Below the pieces are notes generated by a model. The model was not told where the DNA came from, searched no databases, and saw nothing but the letters and a program-made list of their open reading frames with translations. Below, in pieces: positions 20,041 to 27,995 of a stretch of DNA of 56,459 nucleotides (position 1 is the first letter of the stretch; each line of letters begins with the position of its first letter). The stretch comes from Muribaculaceae bacterium (lineage in GTDB: Bacteria > Bacteroidota > Bacteroidia > Bacteroidales > Muribaculaceae). Position numbers and translations under genes: made by a program. The stretch is taken from assembly GCA_022510445.1 (NCBI GenBank), contig JAFLTN010000001.1, positions 1-56,459 on the forward strand. The letters are read 5' to 3'.

Positions 20041-20895
20041 ATGAAACTGAAAACTTTTGCGTTTCTTGCTTGTTCAGCCTTTTTGCTTTCAAGCTGTGTT
20101 TCCAACAAAAAATACGCTGAACTTCAGAATAAGTATGACGAACTTCAGCTTGTTTATGGTAGTACCCGCGATGATCTCTTAGGATGTAATTCCGACGTAA
20201 GGAACCTTCAGACTCAGCTTGACGCTGCAAATAAGGCTATCCTTGCCACAAGAAACGACCTGAAAGATGCCAAAGAGGCTCTTTCAAAGGCTATGGATCA
20301 GAACAGTCAGGGCAATGTGAATATCTCAAAACTTGTTGACGAGATCAATGCGTCTAACAAATATATCAAACAGCTTGTTGACGCAAAATCAAAGTCAGAC
20401 TCTCTTAATATCGCACTCACTAACAAACTGACCCGTTCTCTCAACACAGATGAACTACGCGATGTTGATGTAAAGGTTCTGAAAGGTGTTGTCTATATCT
20501 CTCTTGCTGACAATATGCTCTTCAAGAGCGGAAGCTATGAGGTAAGCACTCAGGCTAAACAGACTCTCGAAAAGATTGCCAAGATTCTTAAGGACTTCAA
20601 GGATTTCGATGTGCTGGTTGAAGGTAATACTGACAATGTGCCCATCTCTAAAACAAACATCCGTAATAATTGGGACCTCTCTGCTCTTCGTGCTTCTTCA
20701 GTTGTGCAGGTGCTCCAGAATGATTTCGGAATTGACCCGTCCCGTCTCTCTGCTGCCGGTCGCGGTGAATTCAATCCTATAACCGACAACGATACTGAAC
20801 TCGGGAAACAGCGTAACCGCAGAACCGAGATCATCATCACTCCGAAACTTGATGAATTTATGGACCTGATTGATCAGGCTCCCGCAGAAAACTGA
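20041..20895 (+). CDS. OmpA/MotB-family peptidoglycan-binding lipoprotein with coiled coil
   Basis: Lipobox LSSC; VEGNTDNVP, NWDLSALRA, NRRTEII OmpA_C/MotB motifs. Confidence 0.88.
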   Translation: MKLKTFAFLACSAFLLSSCVSNKKYAELQNKYDELQLVYGSTRDDLLGCNSDVRNLQTQLDAANKAILATRNDLKDAKEALSKAMDQNSQGNVNISKLVDEINASNKYIKQLVDAKSKSDSLNIALTNKLTRSLNTDELRDVDVKVLKGVVYISLADNMLFKSGSYEVSTQAKQTLEKIAKILKDFKDFDVLVEGNTDNVPISKTNIRNNWDLSALRASSVVQVLQNDFGIDPSRLSAAGRGEFNPITDNDTELGKQRNRRTEIIITPKLDEFMDLIDQAPAEN

Positions 20896-20916
20896 TAACT
20901 GATCATTCTAACTTAT

Positions 20917-21450
20917 ATGGCAAGACCCGATAAGCTGATTTCAGGATTGACCCGGCTTTCGGGTCTTGTCTTTTTATGTCTATTTTCTTGTGTTACCGAA
21001 AATACTCCCGACGGGCCCTCTCTTTCTCCGGGAGATCCGCTTCCTTCCTTTAAGGTAGAGATGGCCGACGGTTCCTTTGTTTCTAATACATCTTTTATTG
21101 ACAAGGCCGGGGTTATCGTATTTTTTAACACTTCCTGTCCTGATTGCAGGAAGGAACTTCCGGTTATCGGGGAACTTTACGAACTTTATAAAGATGACCC
21201 TGATGTTTTAATAATTGCCATTGCCAGGGATGAAGAGCTGACCTCGATATCGGAATATTGGAAAGAAAATAATCTTAACATTCCGTTTTCTCCCCAGAAA
21301 GGCAGGTACATATATAACCTATTTGCAAAAACTATCATCCCCAGGACTTATATTTCCAATCGCTCGGCAGTCATAACGGCTGCCTATGGCGATTCAGACA
21401 TGCCATCTTTGCAGAATTTAATAAACAATTTGAAAGCAGCCGGGAATTAG
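20917..21450 (+). CDS. TlpA/redoxin-family thioredoxin-like lipoprotein
   Basis: Lipobox LFSC; GDPLPSF, FFNTSCPDCRKELP, IPRTYI motifs. Confidence 0.85.
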   Translation: MARPDKLISGLTRLSGLVFLCLFSCVTENTPDGPSLSPGDPLPSFKVEMADGSFVSNTSFIDKAGVIVFFNTSCPDCRKELPVIGELYELYKDDPDVLIIAIARDEELTSISEYWKENNLNIPFSPQKGRYIYNLFAKTIIPRTYISNRSAVITAAYGDSDMPSLQNLINNLKAAGN

Positions 21451-21511
21451 CCAACTGATTTATCAAAATTACAATCACCAAATAAAACCAATCAATCTAA
21501 ACCCTTTAATA

Positions 21512-22024
21512 ATGCCACGTTACGATATTGCCCGAATACGTAAGGAAAATGGGATTAGTCAGAATGAACTGGCTCAACGATTACAAATCACTCAGAGCTT
21601 CCTTTCTGCTATTGAAAACGGCCGTAGCCCTCTCCCAATTGAGAAAGAGGAAAAACTTCGTGAAATCTTTCCAAAGGCAGACCTTTCTTTATATGTCTTA
21701 GATAAAAAGGATGAAGAAGACAAGAGAGTTATTGATATGACTGACAGCGATCTTTTCAATCAGCTTCTCAGTCGTTTCCACAGACAGGCTCATAGCAGTG
21801 AAGAAAACCCGCATCGCCATATTCACCATGAAAAAATACAGTCATTGGAAGAACAGGTCCTGAATCTTTTCACCCGTAATGATTCACTTATGAAACGGAA
21901 TGATGCCCTGATGGAGCGAAATGACCGACTCTCTGAAGCAAACGACAGGCTTCGTGCGGAAAATGATGCTTTACGTTCAGAAATCGACCGTCTCAGATCT
22001 CAGATCTTTTCACTCAAATCATAA
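21512..22024 (+). CDS. XRE-family HTH transcriptional regulator with C-terminal coiled coil
   Basis: IRKENGISQNELAQRLQITQSFLSAIENGR HTH_3 motif; heptad-repeat C-terminus. Confidence 0.88.
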   Translation: MPRYDIARIRKENGISQNELAQRLQITQSFLSAIENGRSPLPIEKEEKLREIFPKADLSLYVLDKKDEEDKRVIDMTDSDLFNQLLSRFHRQAHSSEENPHRHIHHEKIQSLEEQVLNLFTRNDSLMKRNDALMERNDRLSEANDRLRAENDALRSEIDRLRSQIFSLKS

Positions 22025-22055
22025 AAATACCTTTCGTGCACCGGAATCATGATGC

Positions 22056-22637
22056 TTACCGAGTGATCCTTATGATATAATCCGGGATTATCATCTTTGC
22101 GGTTATGCCCGAATTGGTAAGACTTCTGGCCAAACTTTCAGCCGACGGAAGAAGATCACTCTCCGAATGTCGCTCCTTATGTATATTATTGATATAATCG
22201 GCTATGCATGGGAAGGCTATGTATAGCTCCCCCTGCGGCTTAAGATTTACATTTATGAGCCATTTTAAAGTCTCAACGGGTTCATGAAGATGTGGATAGA
22301 CACAATACATTATTATCTTATCATATTCCCCTTCAATATTTTCATTTTCAAAGTCTATATTCACAAATTCCGGTTCAGGCTTAAGACAAGAATATTTTTC
22401 CACAGCTTTTCTTAACATCCCTGCAGAATAATCCACAGCCGTTATTTTACCCTTTTCTCCAATCTTTTCAGCTACAAACGGCAAGAGCACACCGGTACCT
22501 GTTCCTAAATCTAAAACCGAATCTCCTTTCGAAAGATTCATCAGGCCGAGTATACTCCTCACTTTTTCCGGAGTGGATAAGACTTCGTTATCGTCCCATG
22601 AATCAGCTAAATTGTCGAAAAAATACCTGTCGTCCAT
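22056..22637 (-). CDS. Class I SAM-dependent methyltransferase
   Basis: FFDNLADSWD N-terminus; VLDLGTGTG motif I; VDYSAGML. Confidence 0.9.
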   Translation of the reverse strand: MDDRYFFDNLADSWDDNEVLSTPEKVRSILGLMNLSKGDSVLDLGTGTGVLLPFVAEKIGEKGKITAVDYSAGMLRKAVEKYSCLKPEPEFVNIDFENENIEGEYDKIIMYCVYPHLHEPVETLKWLINVNLKPQGELYIAFPCIADYINNIHKERHSESDLLPSAESLARSLTNSGITAKMIIPDYIIRITR

Positions 22638-22822
22638 AAAATGTCTGAATTTACACCTTTCAAATTTACTTATTTTTCTTAGACCCCATTACCCAAAATT
22701 ATTCATTTTTTATGGAATGGTATCGTGATTCCTTTCTTTAGTTCCTCAAGAATTAATAATTTTGATTTTTCAACCTTTTATCACTTATATATCACTCATA
22801 TTCCTTAATTTCATCAAATATA

Positions 22823-22855
22823 GTTGTTATTTTAAATTTTATTTTACTAATTTTG
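22823..22855 (+). promoter_or_regulatory. Probable promoter of TonB-dependent receptor gene
   Basis: GTTG (22823-22826), 21 nt spacer, TAATTTTG (22848-22855). Confidence 0.5.
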
Positions 22856-22896
22856 CACGTCATTATTCCAAATAAACATTAGTTACTTACAATACT

Positions 22897-24783
22897 ATGA
22901 AAAGTGTGTTTTTAATTTTTGCAGGAATAATCTTTTTTTCTATTGCTAACGCTAAAAATCTTAATGACACTACTGCCTTGCAAGAGCTGACCGTTACGGC
23001 TCCTATCAAAACTAATGTAATTCTTACCCCGCTTGATGTCACTGTAATTTCAGAAGAAGAGATCGACAAATCAACTGAATCCTCTTTGCTACCCGTTCTG
23101 CAAAGCCATATTCCCGGAATGTTCGTCAGCGAACGAGGGATGGAAGGATATGGAGTCTCAGGAGGAGCGGCAGGCACTGTCAACATCCGCGGCGTAGGCT
23201 CGGGGAATAAAATCCTGTTTATGATCGACGGAATACCTACATGGGCCGGTATGTTCGGACACGCCAATCCTGACACATATGTAGCTAACGGTGTGGAGAA
23301 AGTTGAAGTGGTGAAAGGACCTTCTTCTCTCCTTTACGGTTCGGGAGCTATGGGTGGTTCGGTCAATATCATTACTAAAAAGAAAACACAAGACGGCTTC
23401 TCCGGAAGGGCAAGGGCCATGCTCGGTTCTTACTACACCTATAAACTGAATCTTTCGGGCAATTATAAAAAAGACAAGTTCTCTGCAATCGCTGCATTCC
23501 AATATAATAAAAGTGACAATAATCGTGAAAATGCCAACTTTTGGCTCTTTAACGAATATCTTCAGCTTCAATACCTTCTCTCCAAAAATTGGAATGTTGG
23601 AGCAAATGCCGACATGACTCAAAGCAAGGCTCACAATCCGGGCTCTGTTCAGTCGCCACTCGAAAATATGTGGACAAAAATATCCCGGGGCACCGCCTCT
23701 CTATATGCCCACAATAATTACGGGAATCTTCATGGAGGCGTGCAGGCTTACATTAACTGGGGACGCCATAAACTTGATGACGGTAACAGCCCTGATGCTA
23801 CACCACGAAACTATCTTTTCAATCTCACTGACTATAATTTGGGATTCTCTATTTTTGAAACTTTTAGCCCATGGATAGATAATAATCTTTCTGTCGGTAT
23901 CGATTTTCAACATTGGGGGGGACATATCTGGAATACACCCAAACCAGAGATCTATAATCCGGCTATCGACGGTGATTTCAATCCTTCTGAAGCAAGACAC
24001 AACGAAAATGATATCGCCGGATATCTTATGATGCAGCAAAGTTTTATCGACAACCTGATTTCTGTGAACGCAGGCTTGCGTCTTCAGCATAATTCAATTT
24101 ACGGGAATGTCTGGGTGCCCCAGGCCGGTTTCATTATCCGTCCGGCTTCTGCCTCAGAAATTAAATTTAACTTTAGCAAAGGTTTCCGTTCACCTAATAT
24201 TCGTGAACTCTATCTATATAATCCTGCTAATAGCAATTTAAAACCGGAATATCTGCTGAATTACGAACTTTCCTATCGTCAGAACCTGTTCGATCATAGG
24301 CTCAACTTCGGAGCTGCCATCTATTTTATCGACGGCAAGGACATGATCCAGACAGGTATGGTGAATGGAAGACCTCTGAATATGAACACCGGTAAATTCA
24401 AGAATAAAGGATTTGAGCTGGATGCCTCCTGGAGATTCTTGCCTTCTTGCGTTCTTTATGGCGGTTATGCTTATCTTCACACCGATAACAAAGGATTGCT
24501 TTATGCACCCAAAAACAAATTCGACATCTCTCTTACTTTTACCCCTTCTGATTTCGAATTCACTCTTGAAAACAATAATATTTGGTCGCTTAATAATGGA
24601 AGCCCGGATGGAAATGTAAACTATTCGCTTCTCAATTTCCGTGGAAGCTATACATATGACTGTGGTGTGCCGCTAACTTTTGTATTGAAAGTAGACAATA
24701 TTTTCGGTGAAAAATACGAAGTTGTCTACGGGTTTCCTATGCCCGGTACGACTGTATTGGTTGGCGCCGAGATTAAATTTTAA
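22897..24783 (+). CDS. TonB-dependent receptor (BtuB/CirA-like, non-SusC)
   Basis: Signal peptide; TonB-box-like LQELTVTA; plug motif VEKVEVVKGPSSLLYGSGAMGGSVNIIT; C-terminal Phe. Confidence 0.92.
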   Translation: MKSVFLIFAGIIFFSIANAKNLNDTTALQELTVTAPIKTNVILTPLDVTVISEEEIDKSTESSLLPVLQSHIPGMFVSERGMEGYGVSGGAAGTVNIRGVGSGNKILFMIDGIPTWAGMFGHANPDTYVANGVEKVEVVKGPSSLLYGSGAMGGSVNIITKKKTQDGFSGRARAMLGSYYTYKLNLSGNYKKDKFSAIAAFQYNKSDNNRENANFWLFNEYLQLQYLLSKNWNVGANADMTQSKAHNPGSVQSPLENMWTKISRGTASLYAHNNYGNLHGGVQAYINWGRHKLDDGNSPDATPRNYLFNLTDYNLGFSIFETFSPWIDNNLSVGIDFQHWGGHIWNTPKPEIYNPAIDGDFNPSEARHNENDIAGYLMMQQSFIDNLISVNAGLRLQHNSIYGNVWVPQAGFIIRPASASEIKFNFSKGFRSPNIRELYLYNPANSNLKPEYLLNYELSYRQNLFDHRLNFGAAIYFIDGKDMIQTGMVNGRPLNMNTGKFKNKGFELDASWRFLPSCVLYGGYAYLHTDNKGLLYAPKNKFDISLTFTPSDFEFTLENNNIWSLNNGSPDGNVNYSLLNFRGSYTYDCGVPLTFVLKVDNIFGEKYEVVYGFPMPGTTVLVGAEIKF

Positions 24784-24792
24784 AAAAACGTA

Positions 24793-26157
24793 ATGAGGGG
24801 AAGACTTTCTTTACTTTATTTCCTACAATTCGCTGTTTGGGGCAGTTATCTTTCTTGCTTTGGCCAATTGCTAGGAAGTGCAGGATTAGGCCCCGATATA
24901 CAATGGTTCTATGCAGCGGTAGGAATTATATCATTATTTACTCCACCACTATTCGGCCATTTTGCCGATCGATTCTTCCCCTCGTTACGTCTTCTCGGTC
25001 TTTGTCATATTTGTGCATCCTTGGCAATGTTCGGTGCCTGGATTTATGCCTCGGTTAATCTACAATTTCAATTCTGGGCTTTTTTCCTTATTTATATCCT
25101 CTTTCTGGCTTTCTACATGCCAACTATGGCTCTGGCCAATACAACAACTTTTACATTACTAAAAAAAGACGGCAAATTGCCGGTAGATCATTTTCCTATA
25201 ATTCGTGTATGGGGAACCCTCGGATTCGTCGCTGCCATGTGGTTTGTAAACAGCGCCTATTTTTTTGATGGAAGTTTCGGATTTACATTTGACGACACCA
25301 ATCCGTTTGCTCCCCATAGGTTTCAGTACACTTCTATGCAGCTTCTTGTTTCATCAGCTCTTGGACTGCTCACAGCCCTTTATACGTTGACTTTGCCCCT
25401 TTCTCCCTTAAGCATTTCTGATAAAAAAACATCTTTTAAAGAAATTTTCGGATTAAAGGCTTTCAGCATATTCCGAATCCCCGAAGTCCGGACTTTCCTG
25501 ATTTTCGCAGTTTTCACCGGCGTCTGTCTTCAGATTTCAAATGGATTTGCAATTCCATACATTAATCATTTTATGGCTTTTGACCAATATATCGGTTCTA
25601 TGGCGGCAGGGAATGCGACTCTTCTTGTTTCCCTATCTCAGATTTCTGAAGCGGCATTTATTCTTGTCACCGGTATTGCCATGAAAAGATTAGGATTCAA
25701 ATTGGTTATTTTCCTGGCTTTAATTGCATGGTCTATCCGGTTCCTTTTCCTGGGTACCGGAAACCCGGGTGACGGTCTTTGGATGTTTATAGTCTCTATG
25801 CTTGTGTATGGTGTGGCTTTCAATTTCTTCACCATAGCCGGGCATATCTATATGGATCAGAAAAGCGATGTTTCAACCCGTGGCTTCGGGCAAGGGCTCC
25901 TTATGATGATGACAAATGGTATCGGTGCAACCGGTGGAATGGTGGCGGCCGGAGCAATTATCAATCATTATTGCAGGTGGGAAATGATAGAATCACCTGC
26001 GAGTCATGGAAGCATGCGTCTTTTTATGGGCGACTGGCTTGTCCCTTGGATCTTATTTGCCGCTTATGCATTATTAATCGCTCTTCTTTTTCTGGTATTC
26101 TATCACTCATCTCGCACACAAAATTCCCCAATCACAAAGTTAGATTCCATTACATAG
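24793..26157 (+). CDS. MFS transporter, nucleoside:H+ symporter (NupG-like)
   Basis: LSLLYFLQFAVWGSY, FYMPTMALAN, IRVWGTLGF, SLSQISE, QGL.MMMTNG.G motifs. Confidence 0.88.
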   Translation: MRGRLSLLYFLQFAVWGSYLSCFGQLLGSAGLGPDIQWFYAAVGIISLFTPPLFGHFADRFFPSLRLLGLCHICASLAMFGAWIYASVNLQFQFWAFFLIYILFLAFYMPTMALANTTTFTLLKKDGKLPVDHFPIIRVWGTLGFVAAMWFVNSAYFFDGSFGFTFDDTNPFAPHRFQYTSMQLLVSSALGLLTALYTLTLPLSPLSISDKKTSFKEIFGLKAFSIFRIPEVRTFLIFAVFTGVCLQISNGFAIPYINHFMAFDQYIGSMAAGNATLLVSLSQISEAAFILVTGIAMKRLGFKLVIFLALIAWSIRFLFLGTGNPGDGLWMFIVSMLVYGVAFNFFTIAGHIYMDQKSDVSTRGFGQGLLMMMTNGIGATGGMVAAGAIINHYCRWEMIESPASHGSMRLFMGDWLVPWILFAAYALLIALLFLVFYHSSRTQNSPITKLDSIT

Positions 26158-26332
26158 AAATGTTAAAAATACCAAGACGATCTATTTTTGATTATTGTAA
26201 TTGGGGATGATTGAGGATAATAATTTATCAACTATTTTAGACCCTGCATTTATCAAAAACCGGAGAAGGTTTTTAAGGCAGAAATGCCCCTAAATAAGAT
26301 CGTTAACATCTCAAATTTAATTCGAATTTATA

Positions 26333-26369
26333 AAAATATGCTATTGAAATATGTTTTTTAGCATATTTT
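26333..26369. promoter_or_regulatory. 11-bp inverted repeat, candidate operator
   Basis: AAAATATGCTA (26333-26343), 15 nt, TAGCATATTTT (26359-26369), directly upstream of a -33 element. Confidence 0.5.
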
Positions 26370-26371
26370 AT

Positions 26372-26402
26372 TTTGCATTTTATTGAATTTACTTTAATTT
26401 TG
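26372..26402 (+). promoter_or_regulatory. Consensus Bacteroidetes sigma-A promoter
   Basis: TTTG (26372-26375), 19 nt spacer, TAATTTTG (26395-26402). Confidence 0.7.
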
Positions 26403-26515
26403 TACCGTAAAATTTCTAAGGTAAAAAAGATTGTACCATGAAATACTTACGTTATTGTATTAATTTTTAAGCGTTTAGTGATTATTAATTTAGTATTAAC
26501 TTAAAACTTTTAAAA

Positions 26516-26629
26516 ATGAAGACAGCAACTAAGTTTTTCAAACGCGCCACTAAATGGTATTTTAAAAATGCTGCTAAGTATTACAGCTGGACACCTACCG
26601 GTTGTATCCCTTTAACCCGGACAAAATAA
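26516..26629 (+). CDS. Unannotated 37-aa cationic amphipathic small protein
   Basis: MKTATKFFKRATKWYFKNAAKYYSWTPTGCIPLTRTK*. A-rich start context (TTTTAAAAATG), own promoter upstream and hairpins downstream. Confidence 0.7.
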   Translation: MKTATKFFKRATKWYFKNAAKYYSWTPTGCIPLTRTK

Positions 26630-26722
26630 TCCGGTTAATCTTTAAAAGGTAATCCGGGAACTTTCCCGGAAGGATTTAGGAAGCAAAAACCCGATAAACA
26701 AGACCCGGAGTTTTTCTAAGGC

Positions 26723-26766
26723 CAACCCCATCATAAGTAATTCGACGTAATTACTTGATGGGGTTG
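26723..26766 (+). terminator. Long stem-loop closing the small-ORF unit
   Basis: CAACCCCATCA-TAAGTAATT...AATTACT-TGATGGGGTTG near-perfect long hairpin; no clear U tract. Confidence 0.6.
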
Positions 26767-26888
26767 ATGTTATACTGAAAAAAAAACTACATTCGAATAA
26801 GTTGACCGTGAATCGCTTTTTGATAAAACTAAACTCCGATCTATCTCATTTTTTTGTAAATTTGCCTGTAATTTAAAAGATTAAGCCT

Positions 26889-27995
26889 ATGAACCAGGAT
26901 ACGAATACGGGATTGAAAAAGATAAGAATAAAACAATATGCAAGTTTTATTATCTGTCTTTTGCTTATGCTCGTAGTACCTATTTGGAGAGACCATAGGA
27001 TTATAGGAATAAATCTCCCTGATCCAAATAAAATTGAAAAAATTGAAACTATCAAACCGACTGAATCTGGCATAATAATAAATACAACAGAAATTGGGAA
27101 AGATATAATGGGTTATGGAGGACCAACTCCTGTTGAAATAACCGTATCTAATGGGAAAATCACTAAAATTACACCTTTGAAAAACCAAGAAACTCCGGAA
27201 TTCTACGGAGCTGTTAGAAACAGTAATATTCTGGAATCATTTGACGGATTGACTCTCCCTGAGGCCATTAAAAAGCCCGTTGACGGAGTGAGCGGAGCCA
27301 CATATTCTTCAAAAGCAATAATAGCTAATATAAGGGTAGGTATTGAATATGCCCTTAAAAGTGATAATATAGTGACCATTGAAAAAACTTCGGAACGTGA
27401 AAAACTTTCTGCAAAATTCTATGTCACAATCGTTATAATTCTTGCAGGGGGTATCATTCCTCTTTTTTTAAACGACAGACGCTACAGAACACTCCAGTTA
27501 ATTCTTAATGTGATTTTACTTGGTTTCTGGGGTGGCACATTTATCTCTTACTCTTTGTTAACCTCATATCTCACAAATGGAATCACATCGGTTATAATGC
27601 TTCCTGTGGCATTAATGCTTGTGGCCGCTTTCATTTATCCATTTTTCGGCAAAAAAGATTATTACTGCCTCTGGATGTGCCCTTATGGCTCTTTACAGGA
27701 ATTGCTCGGTAAATGCATTAAATTTAAAATCAGGATAAAACCAAAATTTATAAAACCACTGAACCGATTCCGCGAAGCCTTATGGTTTATACTTATGTGG
27801 TTGCTCTGGACAGGATTATGGTTTGACTGGATGGGATACGAACCTTTCGCTGCCTTTTTCTTCACAGATGCATCTGCAGTGACTTTAAGTATAGCCGGAG
27901 CCTTCTTGATCCTTTCACTATTCATTCAGCGACCCTACTGCCGCTTTGTGTGTCCCACCGGTTCCCTTTTCAAGTTTGCCGAAGGATCCTATTAA
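26889..27995 (+). CDS. FMN-binding domain plus NapH/NosR-like 4Fe-4S membrane protein
   Basis: GYGGPTP...ETP, DGVSGATYSS flavinylation motif; TM region with CLWMCP and CRFVCP motifs. Confidence 0.85.
   Translation: MNQDTNTGLKKIRIKQYASFIICLLLMLVVPIWRDHRIIGINLPDPNKIEKIETIKPTESGIIINTTEIGKDIMGYGGPTPVEITVSNGKITKITPLKNQETPEFYGAVRNSNILESFDGLTLPEAIKKPVDGVSGATYSSKAIIANIRVGIEYALKSDNIVTIEKTSEREKLSAKFYVTIVIILAGGIIPLFLNDRRYRTLQLILNVILLGFWGGTFISYSLLTSYLTNGITSVIMLPVALMLVAAFIYPFFGKKDYYCLWMCPYGSLQELLGKCIKFKIRIKPKFIKPLNRFREALWFILMWLLWTGLWFDWMGYEPFAAFFFTDASAVTLSIAGAFLILSLFIQRPYCRFVCPTGSLFKFAEGSY

Noticed and set aside
20041-20895. Flagellar motor MotB
   Set aside because: It has a lipoprotein signal rather than the MotB TM with the conserved Asp, and no motA or flagellar genes are nearby. 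Called an OmpA-like PG-binding lipoprotein instead.
22638-22896. Cobalamin riboswitch ahead of the BtuB-like receptor
   Set aside because: The region is very AT-rich, lacks recognisable B12-box/GGGAA elements, and the promoter is only ~40 nt from the ATG.
26160-26309. Decayed repressor gene divergent from the small peptide
   Set aside because: Only an 18-codon ORF and no recognisable HTH in any frame I read, so not listed as a feature.
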